Positions 26,801 to 37,700 of a stretch of 64,000 bases of DNA are shown in pieces. Positions within the stretch are counted from its first letter, which is position 1, and each line of letters begins with the position of its first letter. A model generated the notes under the pieces. That model made no database searches. It was not told the origin of the DNA and saw only the letters and a list, made by a program, of their open reading frames with translations. A program made the position numbers and the translations under genes. The stretch comes from Mizuhopecten yessoensis (Eukaryota): positions 301,466 to 365,465 of the forward strand of contig NW_018405678.1 in NCBI RefSeq assembly GCF_002113885.1. Direction: 5' to 3'.

Positions 26801-27709
26801 GATGTCAAGTATATGCATATATGGACATAGGATGGGGAGCCCAACTGTTAATATATTGCATTACTTATTCCATTGAAATAAGCCCCCGTCCTCCTACCTC
26901 TATAGGGTTCACATCCCCAATTTATAAAACATTGTCCCCTATGCCACAGCTGTTCAAAATCAAACATGATTTAAATACGTTCAATCTTATAGAAGGCGAA
27001 GAATTTTAAAGATTTACCTCCACTGCCCCTATTGCGTCTGTCCCTCTGGCCCTTGTTTGACCAACAATATTCTATACTAAATTTTACAAAAATGGAGTTA
27101 GCCGTTCTGGACTAGAAGTGTTTTAAAAGAAACGATATTTTTGTTTAAGATTTGTTCATCAAACTACACTAATTTCCTTTAAAAATGTGGCGTATTTATA
27201 AATAGGAGCCCATTTGTGTTAGGTTATGCAGGAGGTTCCTGGTATGACCACAGTGGAGCAGCAGTTGACTATCTTTGTCTGCCACCTGATCCGGAATGGT
27301 AACAGACAACAGTTGTACCGGATGATTACACGGGGAGGCTCTATGGGGCAGAGTACGAATCTTTCAATGGATATACTCTCTTTGGGCCACAATCACACAA
27401 TGAAGAGGTTCCCTGTGCGGTCTGTAGATCTACTTCCTTTGTTTCCTCTGTAATGATACCGGCAAGGACGACCTGCTACAGCGGCTGGACGAAGGCTTAC
27501 AGTGGGTCACTGGCGTCAGGGTCCTATATGCACACGTAGCTGCTTCCCAATACGTATGTGTAGACAAGAACGCACAGCCTCTCGTTGGAGGAGCTAATAG
27601 TGACGACAATGGTAAAATGTTTCTTGGCGTCAAAGCGTTTTGTGGTTCCCTGCGATGTCCTCCATACCAGCAAGACAAATTTATATCTTGTGTAGTTTGT
27701 ATGAAATAA
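23820..27709 (+). pseudogene. Copy 3 of the C4-like gene, disabled
   Basis: Exons 23820-24051, 26310-26384, 27223-27709 with intact splice sites. TTA(Leu)>TAA at 27300-27302, and a 2-nt insertion (TCCTATATGCAC vs TCCTATGCAC) at about 27525-27528. Confidence 0.8.
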
Positions 27710-30700
27710 ATATTTGAGAAAATATTTAGTATCTTGCATGTTTATGAAATATTTCAAAACAAATATTTATATATTCTCTCATATTACTCTTTTTCTAATT
27801 TCACACGCAGCAAATGACCACTGAACGTAAAGGATCTCAAAACTTATCCCAATCAAACTATCAATTAACTCATTCACTCATGAAGACACATTTGAACACT
27901 TGTGTAAAATTTGGCAATGCAGCATAATAGTTGAAGTCTTTACGATTCCATTGAAACAATTAAAGTGAGGTGAGGGTACTGCTAGATTCATTCAAAATAA
28001 TTCAGTTAACACCTTTTATCTAAGTGTGACCTTGAAAGTTGACTTGGTAGTCTTCATATCAACGAGGCCATGTTCTCAGCAATCAACGGTCGTTCGTATT
28101 TCGAAAGTGTTTTTTTACACATTTGATCCCTTACCTTGTAATTTGGTCAATGCCATTTGTGTTTGCAAACTTGCTAGCTCCTCACTTTTCACAGCACGTT
28201 TCTGGTAAAACATTAAAGGATTTTGGCCACAATTTTTTACATTTTGTAAAAATAAGCGAAACCTGTAATATACTTTAATAAATACCGAATCATCCATTAA
28301 CATATACTTAATACCTTATCATAATCCATCATAACGTTACATATCCCCATATCGACGTCTAAAAGTGAAAGTTTTACCAAACAAATTTTGCATCTGAGTT
28401 TGACGTAGTATTATAGCACGTAGACATGGAACGCGAAAACTTTCATTCAATTTGGACTTGAAAAGTAAAAACGCCGGACAGTATAGTTAGTTTGTATACC
28501 AACGAGTATACGTGAACAACTAATGTATGTCTAGTGTCGATCAAACTGTCACTGTCACGATTAAATTAGATTATGATAGTTTGAAACATTTGTTTCTTTG
28601 AAATATTGCTTTAGATGTCGGCTGAAATCGGGATACGAAAATTAAAATGACCCTTCCCCATTTCATGATTTTTTTTCATCTCACCTAAAATCAGTAACAT
28701 GTTTTTTTTACACTTTGTATGGAATTAGCAAAAAATAATCCTCTTTGGGGTGTTTTGAAATATATGAAAAAGTATACCGTTCTGAGGCATTATATTATTT
28801 GCCTTCTCCGTTGAACAACGGTTAAAAAATGTACAATATCTAGTTAAATAATTAAACAGATTCGTCACTCAGGTGTGGCTTGAAGTAATTACCCAAAACC
28901 CAGACACAAACAAATATTGCTTCATATTCTATGCATACTTTTCAGAAAAGAAACAGGTTCCTAAATCTCCACTCATCGCTAGCTTCAAATTATACGTAAA
29001 ATTCAAACTCGAAATAGAAAAGAATTTTGCCAGGCTTGTGATATTCAATTCAATTAGGCTTCACGGCATTGGTTTTGCGTTTGTTTTAAAACACAATTTC
29101 CATAAACAGGAACTTGATTAGTTAGGATCTATGCTAATATTGGAAGGTTTATTATGAAAATAGTGTGCCACAAGTAAAGTCATCACGAGTTGTTGGATCC
29201 GCCCCTGAAGATATATTTTATTTAAAAAAGGTTGCTAAACAAATGTTCATGTTGGTATTTTAAACTATGCAATAGATGTCATATCATCACCTCCATTGCT
29301 ACAAAAATAACAACACTGTAGTATTCAGAATTTTCATCAAAAAACTAATATCGTATATGATTCACACACATTTTTACCTTATTAACTTCGTCAGTTTTCG
29401 GTCCATGTTACTAAACGCATGTCAAATACAAATATAAACGCTGTTGAAATTTACTTTAACACTTTTAACAACATTTTTTCCCCGAACACTGGGACAAAAA
29501 GAAACGCACCGGTACGCCATACTACCTGTGTTAGTTGGATGATCGGTTATAAATGCCCTTTGGCCACGACATTCACAGGTAACACCTCTGAGATAATGAC
29601 AACTGTAGTTCACCAGGTAGGTAACGTAAATGCCCTTTGGCTATAATAAAATGTGGTAAGAACTACATGTAACTAACATACCTTTTAATTCACAGGCAAG
29701 ATATTTAGTTGTGTAAACTGTGTATTACCACGGACTTAGATAACAATCTAATTCCGTGGTATTAATATCTCAAAGTTTGGACCTGAACTAAAGTGTTCAG
29801 AGTAATTTTACATCTTAAGATCGACTTTCGGTAAAAATGACACCCCCAAAGATCACAAATATAAACGAGAAGGGTGGGAAGCTCTCGATGTCGAAAAGTC
29901 GACCCCACCTAACTTTCTTGCATCAAAAACAAAATTTCTAGTTGATCTACTTAAAGTACCGCTGCAAAGATAGATACTTTTCCACGTAAAGTTGACGTCA
30001 GCCTCGTGCCGAAACATGCAGTGTTGGTTGGTTTAGCGAAAAAAAAGGCTGCGCTTCCAGCCAATCACACCACGATCCGCGAGAGTCGCCGCAAGTGGCT
30101 GACGTTACCATCATTAATATTATACAAAGAAGTGGCACGATGACTGCGAAAAACTTTTTGAGATAGCGTGTGTTTTTGAAGCAAATGGAGATCATGTCCG
30201 CGGAAGGAGAATACATTTTATGTGCATAAAGGAGGTTTTTAAAAGAAAAACTATCCATCTTTCTAACGGTACTAAGCATTTACCCGTAGATCAACTAGAA
30301 ATGTTTTTGATGATTGGGGGTGTCATTTTTACCAAAAGTCTATCTAAACACTTGTGACATGTAAAATGAATCTGAACATTTTAGTTTAGGTCCAAATATA
30401 GCTGTAACAAATTCTCATGTCCCTGCAAGTGGACATGACAACAGTGACATGGACTTTTGAGATTTTGCCCTCAAAAGCTTTCCCAAGCTAGGATTTCGGA
30501 TAACGGTGTATAAGCTTTATTGTCCCACATGAATTGTGCTGACTCCCTATTGTTTTCTACAGCAAGTGATATTGACCATTGAAATTCTGACTTGAAAAAC
30601 AGTCGCAAGCAACCACTTTCTAAAGGAAGCAGTGCATGAAACTCGAGTGTTCAACAATTAAGTAGAAACCAATAGTAACAATGACTTTGACCTTGAAAAA

Positions 30701-30819
30701 CCATCCAAAGCAAGCACTTTTGTTAAGGGAGGAGTGTATTTAGTTTGAGTGCTATCAGCCAATGGAAACTTCAGATGTACTTAGCTTCTCAGCCTCTAGT
30801 CGGGTCATCCCCTTTATTT

Positions 30820-31157
30820 AGGAGGCACTATAGTCTAGTGGTAGGACGCCCGGCTCATGACAGAAGGGTTGCGGGTTCGAGTCACGTCACGCCATTGTGT
30901 TGTATCTTTGAGCAAGACATTTTACTCCGCTTGTTCCAGTCTAATCAGCTGTAAATGAGTACGTGGTTTGGCAGTGCTAGAATTGTTGAATGTTAGCTGT
31001 GAGCGCTGAAATGGCAACACCAGCTGTTTGCTCTCCAGGGAGTTGAGAAAGATATTTGCTGGTTGCAAAGGCTCTATAACCACGGATAATAATTTGTGAA
31101 CCACTATGAAACGAACTAGGTTGTGATAAAGCGTTATATAAGAACCTAAACTTATTA
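30820..31157 (+). mobile_element. Full-length tRNA-derived CORE-type SINE with TTATTT TSD
   Basis: A-box TAGTCTAGTGG, B-box GGTTCGAGTC, CORE-like TGTATCTTTGAGCAAGACATTTTACTCCGCTTGTTCCAGTCTAATCAGCTGTAAATG, (TTA)n tail. TSD at 30814-30819 and 31158-31163; empty site in unit 2 at about 18430. Confidence 0.85.
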
Positions 31158-31600
31158 TTATTTGTATAAGTTCTGTTCCCCATGAGCTTAAAGATGCTAC
31201 CGCTACATTTAGGATAAAACCTCTCCAGTAGTTTGGAAATAAATGTCATGTAATGTCTTTCTCAATGATTTGATTATCATATTGTCGTAACAGGTATGAT
31301 AACTCTTTATAACATTACATATTTAATTTGNATAAGCCTTCAAATGTCCTTGTAATGTTTCTGTGGACTTGCAAATATCGAACCATAAACAAAGTAGTGA
31401 CAAAAGTTTCAAAAACAAATAAGGTTTTATAAAGATTTTATTTCAGAATGAAATATATACATCAAATGCTCTTGTATCTCCTCCCAGATAAAACCATAAT
31501 TTACAAAAGTATCTATACAAATTCTCTTCACGTGAAAAGCAGCAGAATGATAAAAGCATAGCGTTAATTGGCCAACTGTATCATGCTTAAGGAGACTTAA

Positions 31601-32470
31601 AGCTGACAGCGCAAGTTAATAAGCTTTCAATTGAGATTAATAAAAAAATAACAAAAAAATGTTATTTCTGGTTTAGTGATCTTCCCCATATCTTCCTAAG
31701 GAAGTGCCGACATTTTAGTTTGTCCTTGCTTGGTAACGAGTATGGGTCTCGCTGGGTATAAAAAGTGCATTACCCGTCAAACCAGTTATCATTTGCTCAA
31801 TATGTGCACAAGGTGACACTCTATACTATATATATATATATAAAACACTTTCACACACATTTTTTTGCCGACATTTTGTATCAGATCAGTTTAATAAGAC
31901 TGAAATGGAACACATCAAAGATATCATTTCTCTAAGAAAAGTGGAAATAGTAGTAAAATACGACCAATTAAAATATCAAAATATCTAATGCACAATCCCT
32001 CCCCCCCTCCTATATCTAATGCACAATCCCTCCCCCAATTAAAGGACGGCCCTGAAAGAAGCAAACATACGACAAACACTAATGCCTACCTTTTAGATAT
32101 CCAATTAGTGATAATCTCCTGTGTGAAAACAATACTAATTCCAATCTTTTCCATGAAAAAGTTCAATTATCAAGTTTCACATTGTTGTCATAGCACCTGG
32201 CAGTGTCGCATTTTGCACGTGTTTTTCTAGTAAAGCGTCTACACGTGTTTCAAAGTATTCATGTGAGTGTGTTTGAATTTCGATATCGGTTGCCGATCAG
32301 GGTGTGCGGTGCATTGTATCGCAAGACGTTACCAAGCAAGGAAAAACCTTAAATGTCGGCACTTCCTTAGAAAAACGGTAGAAGGAAGAGATGGGGAAGA
32401 TCTCAAAACCAGATTGATTTTTTTTTTCTTTAAATCTCAATTGAAAGCTTTTTAACTTGCACTGTCAGCT
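31601..32470. mobile_element. Kolobok-like non-autonomous DNA transposon (TTAA TSD, ~140-bp TIRs)
   Basis: TTAA|AGCTGACAGCGCAAGTT...AACTTGCACTGTCAGCT|TTAA. Only the left half is retained in units 1 (about 8388-8843) and 2 (about 18914-19335). Confidence 0.8.
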
Positions 32471-32903
32471 TTAAGAACATAAAAATATCATTATCACATA
32501 CACACCTTCTCGCTTCAAAACAGGAGTAATGCAACGGAAACGATACTCTTATTGATATATCTCGTCCCTGAAACAATTTTCAACTTGAAAATTCACTTAT
32601 GACATTGAAAATGTCTGAACTGGGTAACAACTAGAATAAGACTTGAAAATATAGCTCTAGCTACTACCTTCATCCATTTTTCTTAACTTACATTTTCCCA
32701 TTAGAAAGCATTATTAGAGTTAAGGAACTCTGATGAAAATTTTCCTTATCATCAAGTCACAATATTGCAAATACTAAGACTAAGTTTGACTTAAGACGAG
32801 TTTGAAGTTAACTTTCTATGTTAAGTCTTTCAGAAACTAAGCTTGAGACAATCTTAAACGTTGTTCACATTAGGGAAAGCAATGCTTTCCTTTTTGAGAG
32901 GGC

Positions 32904-33493
32904 AAAGGACTGTATGGTTTGGGCTTTTTTTGACCCCCAAATCCATCAAAATTAAAAATCTGCGATAGAACTGTCAAACGACTGTTTCTTTAATTTTGAA
33001 TACCTCTCCAGTACTATTATGTAAACATTTATTTGTGTTTTCAATTATGGCTGCCATGGTAACCAGGTCATATTTGCATAAATTATTGAAATTTGATTAT
33101 TCAGTCGATTTTGGCAGGTTTTCACCTATTTTTTCTCTGAGCTACCATAGAACGCACTCTTGAACAAACTTTTTATTTCTCCTAGAGATGTATTACAGGT
33201 GCCTACACATTATCCTTTGATATTAAGTTTGTTAAAGCATGCACTCTATAGTTTCTAGGAGAAAAACTATGCAAAATATCACAATATTCACTGAATATTC
33301 AATTTTTTCTAATTTATGCAAATTTGAAGTTGTTACCATGGCAACAATAATTAGAAATATACATAAATATTTTCATTATGGTATTTAGGAAGTATTCGCA
33401 ATTAAAGAAACAGTCATTTCAAAGTTCATTTAAAGGTTTTGAATTTTGATGCATTTGGGGTCTAAAACAGGCCTAAACCATACATGGTCCTTT
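32904..33493. mobile_element. MITE with ~55-bp TIRs
   Basis: AAAGGACTGTATGGTTTGGGC..GACCCCCAAATCCATCAAAATT / AATTTTGATGCATTTGGGGTC..GGCCTAAACCATACATGGTCCTTT. Confidence 0.75.
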
Positions 33494-33861
33494 CAAATTA
33501 CAGAATTCTTTAAGTTGAGGAATGTGTGTGAAACTGAAGTGCAATTGTTGTTAAACAACAATGATTGAACATATGAACGAAAGGTTTGATCATGTCTGTC
33601 AACAAAATACTAAAACAAAAGCTTATTAGTGTCCAAGAGTGCAGCTGCCCTTTTTAACCTTTACTAAGATTAGTAGGGAGATTAACCCTAAGTCACAGGA
33701 CTGATCGTAAATATATAGAATTCTACCTCTTGTCAGATTATCAAATATGCATGACACCTGCCCAGTGTTGAATACTGCCACACTTTTTATATAATTGATC
33801 TACCAAGTTTCATTGAAATCAAATCAAGTCTTTTAGAGACTAAGGTTGTTTTTTTTACATG

Positions 33862-34007
33862 GAAACCAATAGCAAATCAGATTGAAGTATGCTAATTAAG
33901 TATGCACAGTAAACCAATAACAAATCAGATTGCAGTATGCTAATGAAGTATGCACAGTAAACCAATAACCAATCAGAATGAAGTATGCTAATTAAGTATG
34001 CACAGTA
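33862..34007. repeat. 48-bp tandem repeat x3
   Basis: Unit AAACCAATAACAAATCAGATTGCAGTATGCTAATTAAGTATGCACAGT. Confidence 0.85.
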
Positions 34008-34708
34008 TCTGTATAGCCTTGAGCTTGGCCCAAGTCTTTAAGTTATATTTGTTAATCTTCAATGTTTCATTAAAACTGAATTATATTTAAGTCAGTTATT
34101 GTGTGAATTACTGAACATCTGATTGCTGTATGCTGATTAAATATGCACAAGACCTGCTCGTTAAGAAACTGGCCTTCGTTTTCTATTACCAAAAAAAAGG
34201 GATCTTGTGCCTTAATTGGATAATAATCTATGAAGTTCTTGTGTGAAAAAAACAATAACCAATCAGATTTGCAGTATGCTAAATTATGATCAGTGAATTC
34301 AACATAGAATGTGGACATTTTTCCGATTATGCATCTAGATTTCTTGTCAGACAAAGTTTCAGTTAAAGTAGACCATATTTAATAAAGACATTTTTAGACC
34401 AGAAATTGGATCGTGTTTGCGGAAGACATTGACAGAAACCAACGTCTAATCCTAACATACCCAGTCTTCTACAGGCATATAAAGGCAGATGTACGAAGGC
34501 ATGTAATGTCATTGTTCTGAGGTCATAATTCTGCTTAATTAAAAACAGCAGATGAGCAAAACAAATAAGTAGAAAGAAATATATTTTTCTGTCACAACAT
34601 CACATGAGGTTAAGTTTTCAGTGATTTTCTGAAGTTTATATTCTGCAGTCCTAGATCACCGATATCGAGTCATTGGAACCATTACTATTTTTATCTCTGA
34701 TGTATGTG

Positions 34709-37700
34709 TCAACATCCTCCGATGTCCTTCCTTTTCTTCCTTCGGAATCTTGTTTCCTTAGGATCGAATCCCTGTTCCTTGCACCCAAACACTGCCCAGG
34801 AAGGTGTCTTAGCCATGTAGTCCTCGGCACAGAAAGTCTCTTGACCGTTACTGGACTTGAACGCTTGCACAAGTTTGTGAAACTTCTCGTAATCTATCCA
34901 TGTCCACCATTCACCGTTCACCTTAAACTTAAAACGGAAATTCCATACGATAAATTTTATTGTAATTTTTGCATTACACTAGAAAATTAAAAAAAAAAAA
35001 AAAGTTTTTAATATTTCAATTACTTTCCTCAATTTCCCTTTAAATTCATTGCTTGTGCTCACAGTACCGTATAACAGATTATTTACACAGGCTTGAATTT
35101 TCAGGATTTTGACCCAAAATTAGAAAATTATATTTACACAATCTAGACATGTGAATAAACTAAATTTTTGCAGTGTTTCAGCACAGGGATGGAACACTTG
35201 GCATATGAAATGTCAAAAATTCAAATGAATACATAGTATTACAGCATATTGAGCAAGTAGGTGTATTTTGTTAAACAAATCCTCAACAAAACTATAAAAT
35301 GTGCAATATAATCTATTTTCAAATATCTGGTATTAATCTTGACGTAAATAAATCGTTACAACCACATACTCGCCATTTCGTGACAACATAACGGTAATGA
35401 AGTATAATATCGCCGCTCAATTTTACGCTTGTCATATCATTCTGAGAATCATATTTTTCGCGATCACATTATTGACTTGCGAAATCGCGAAAATATCATC
35501 CCCGCAGAAATATCCCGCTCTACACTAACAAAACTTTATAATGAACAATATTTTACATTACTATAAATTGATCGAAATTTGAATCAAAATACATAATAGA
35601 GATTTTTAATGTCTGACGAATACAGATATTGCGAGTTACCTTTTTGTGAGCCATGAGTAGACAGTTTGAGTGTTCGTGTTCCGAGGCAATCTCGTACTCG
35701 TCAAGTTCATCCTCAAGAATCTTGACAAACTTGATGACTTCCTCGTGCCAGGGTACATTTTCCATTGTCAGTGTGGAGGCCTTCGACTCACCACAGTAGG
35801 TAACACCCTGGAACAACATTTTTGAAAACTTTTTTATCATGGTACACTGATGTGATATGGGGCCAGTGTTGTAAATGTTGTATTTACATTTTTTTCTTTC
35901 TATATTTGTACTTGTGACTTGTGTTTACTGCATTAGGTAGTCTTTGTTCCTTGAAGAAATTGGCAGTTCTTAATTTATTTTAGCAGCAAACAACAGTAAT
36001 TGTCAATCCAACCGAACTAACAAGTCAAAATGTTTCAGTCAGACGACGAGGAAATCTACAAAGTAAGGTGTCTTATACGTATACCCAGCCGTGAAAACAT
36101 ATCTAAAGTGAATACAGCAGGAGAACAAGTCCGAGGCCTACCGTAGCTGAGGTTGCATACGATATTGATGCTTCAAGATTTTTGCAGTGTTATTAATCGT
36201 CATTTTTGTTATAAAAGGCTGTGTGATAACAGAATAAATTTGTGACACATTATGCAAGTTTTCCAATTAGAGAGGAAATTATCGGGTCTTTGCAAAGTCA
36301 TTTCTAGCAAGGCTGGATATGGAGATTATTACAAAATCCCATTAGCATGATAGCATACAGCAAGACAGACTGGTTAAAAACAGGTGTAATGTGCCTTTTT
36401 TTACAGTCATAATGTGACATTATCTTCAACATGTTTGAAATAGAAAAAATCCAGAATATCAAGAGCTTTCAAACAATAAGAAAGATGTTTTACTTTTTGC
36501 TTATAATACATGCATATAGGGAACACCTTGGATAATGTAGAACAAACCAATTTCTTTTGAAATACATGTATCAAAGCATGCTCAAACCTTAACAAAAGTT
36601 AGAGTACTGACCTTGACCTCTATGAAGTCAGGTTTGCCCTTGGAGACAAGCTTAGCATAGTTCTCAATCTCCTCTGTATTCCATGCCTTTACCAGGGTCA
36701 GTCGGTACACAGTTCTCTGTCGTTTCTCACCCAGGGCAAGCAGACTTTCCATAAATCTATCCCAGAAGTCCCTGAAGAGTGGTCTGTCAATCTTTTTGAG
36801 ACTCTCCTTGGTGCTGGCATCCACACTTACATACAACTGGGTGACAGGAGACATGTTCCTGTAACAAAGTTAAAACCCTTCATTAATCTCATGAACAGAT
36901 CTTGAATCTAAATTACTAGTACCTTTAGGTGAGGCTGACCCAATGATATAGGAACCTGATAGATTATCATTGAGTGTGAACAATGTAATCTGTACTACAG
37001 GTTACGGAAGCACACATGTTATTCAGGTGACTCTTAACATTTTTTACAATTTCAGAAGTCAATTAGAATTTTCCAGAATTGTGAAGAGTCAAAACATGTA
37101 AAATAAACCTGTCTTTTAAAACCTGAGAGTCTAAGTTCATTCCCAATTTCCGGGGAGTCAAAAACATACTCTTTTGAGTTTATTGAAAGCCCTATAACAT
37201 TGAAAGTAATAAATGAGCTCAGAAAATGTGTCAAAATTGCCTTTATTTACAAGCCTATTATTGTTCTTTATTTACAAGCCTATTATTGTTCTTTATGTTA
37301 TAACTCTAACTATCTGATTATCCTAAATTAATATCAAATTGACTTCCTTAAAGATTGAGCCAACAATGGCAGGCGAACAACCTTGAAAAAGTTCAGTCAA
37401 ATTACCATATAGCGTAAAATGGTACCAATACTTAATTAATACCACGTGCCATGTATTTCACTGCACTGCAAACAGCCTGAATATTGGATTTATCACTAAA
37501 GTAAAATAAAGTAAAATAACCATTTGCCGTAAATTGGTACCAAAACATTATTTCAGAACTCCTAAACCTTTTTTTTAAACTACATTGTATGCTATTCTTT
37601 TGATAAATTGCAAAATGTTGGTGAGTTTCAGCTTTCAGGCAAATATCACAAGGTGAAATACTTAAATGCTGCATGCATGGCCTGAATATTGGCTGTATCA

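Larger units (their letters stand above)
1..32245 (+). repeat. Tandem segmental duplication, three units of about 11-12 kb (equivalent positions 1, 11138, 23442)
   Basis: Collinear similarity across promoter, exons, 3' flanks and LINE fragments. Units 1 and 3 are near-identical over about 4750-8035 vs 27900-31330. Confidence 0.9.

Noticed and set aside
30820-30895. Possible tRNA gene (CAT anticodon-like loop)
   Set aside because: The acceptor stem pairs poorly and it is followed by a CORE-like body, a tail and a TSD, so it is a SINE head. The same applies to 55803-55875.
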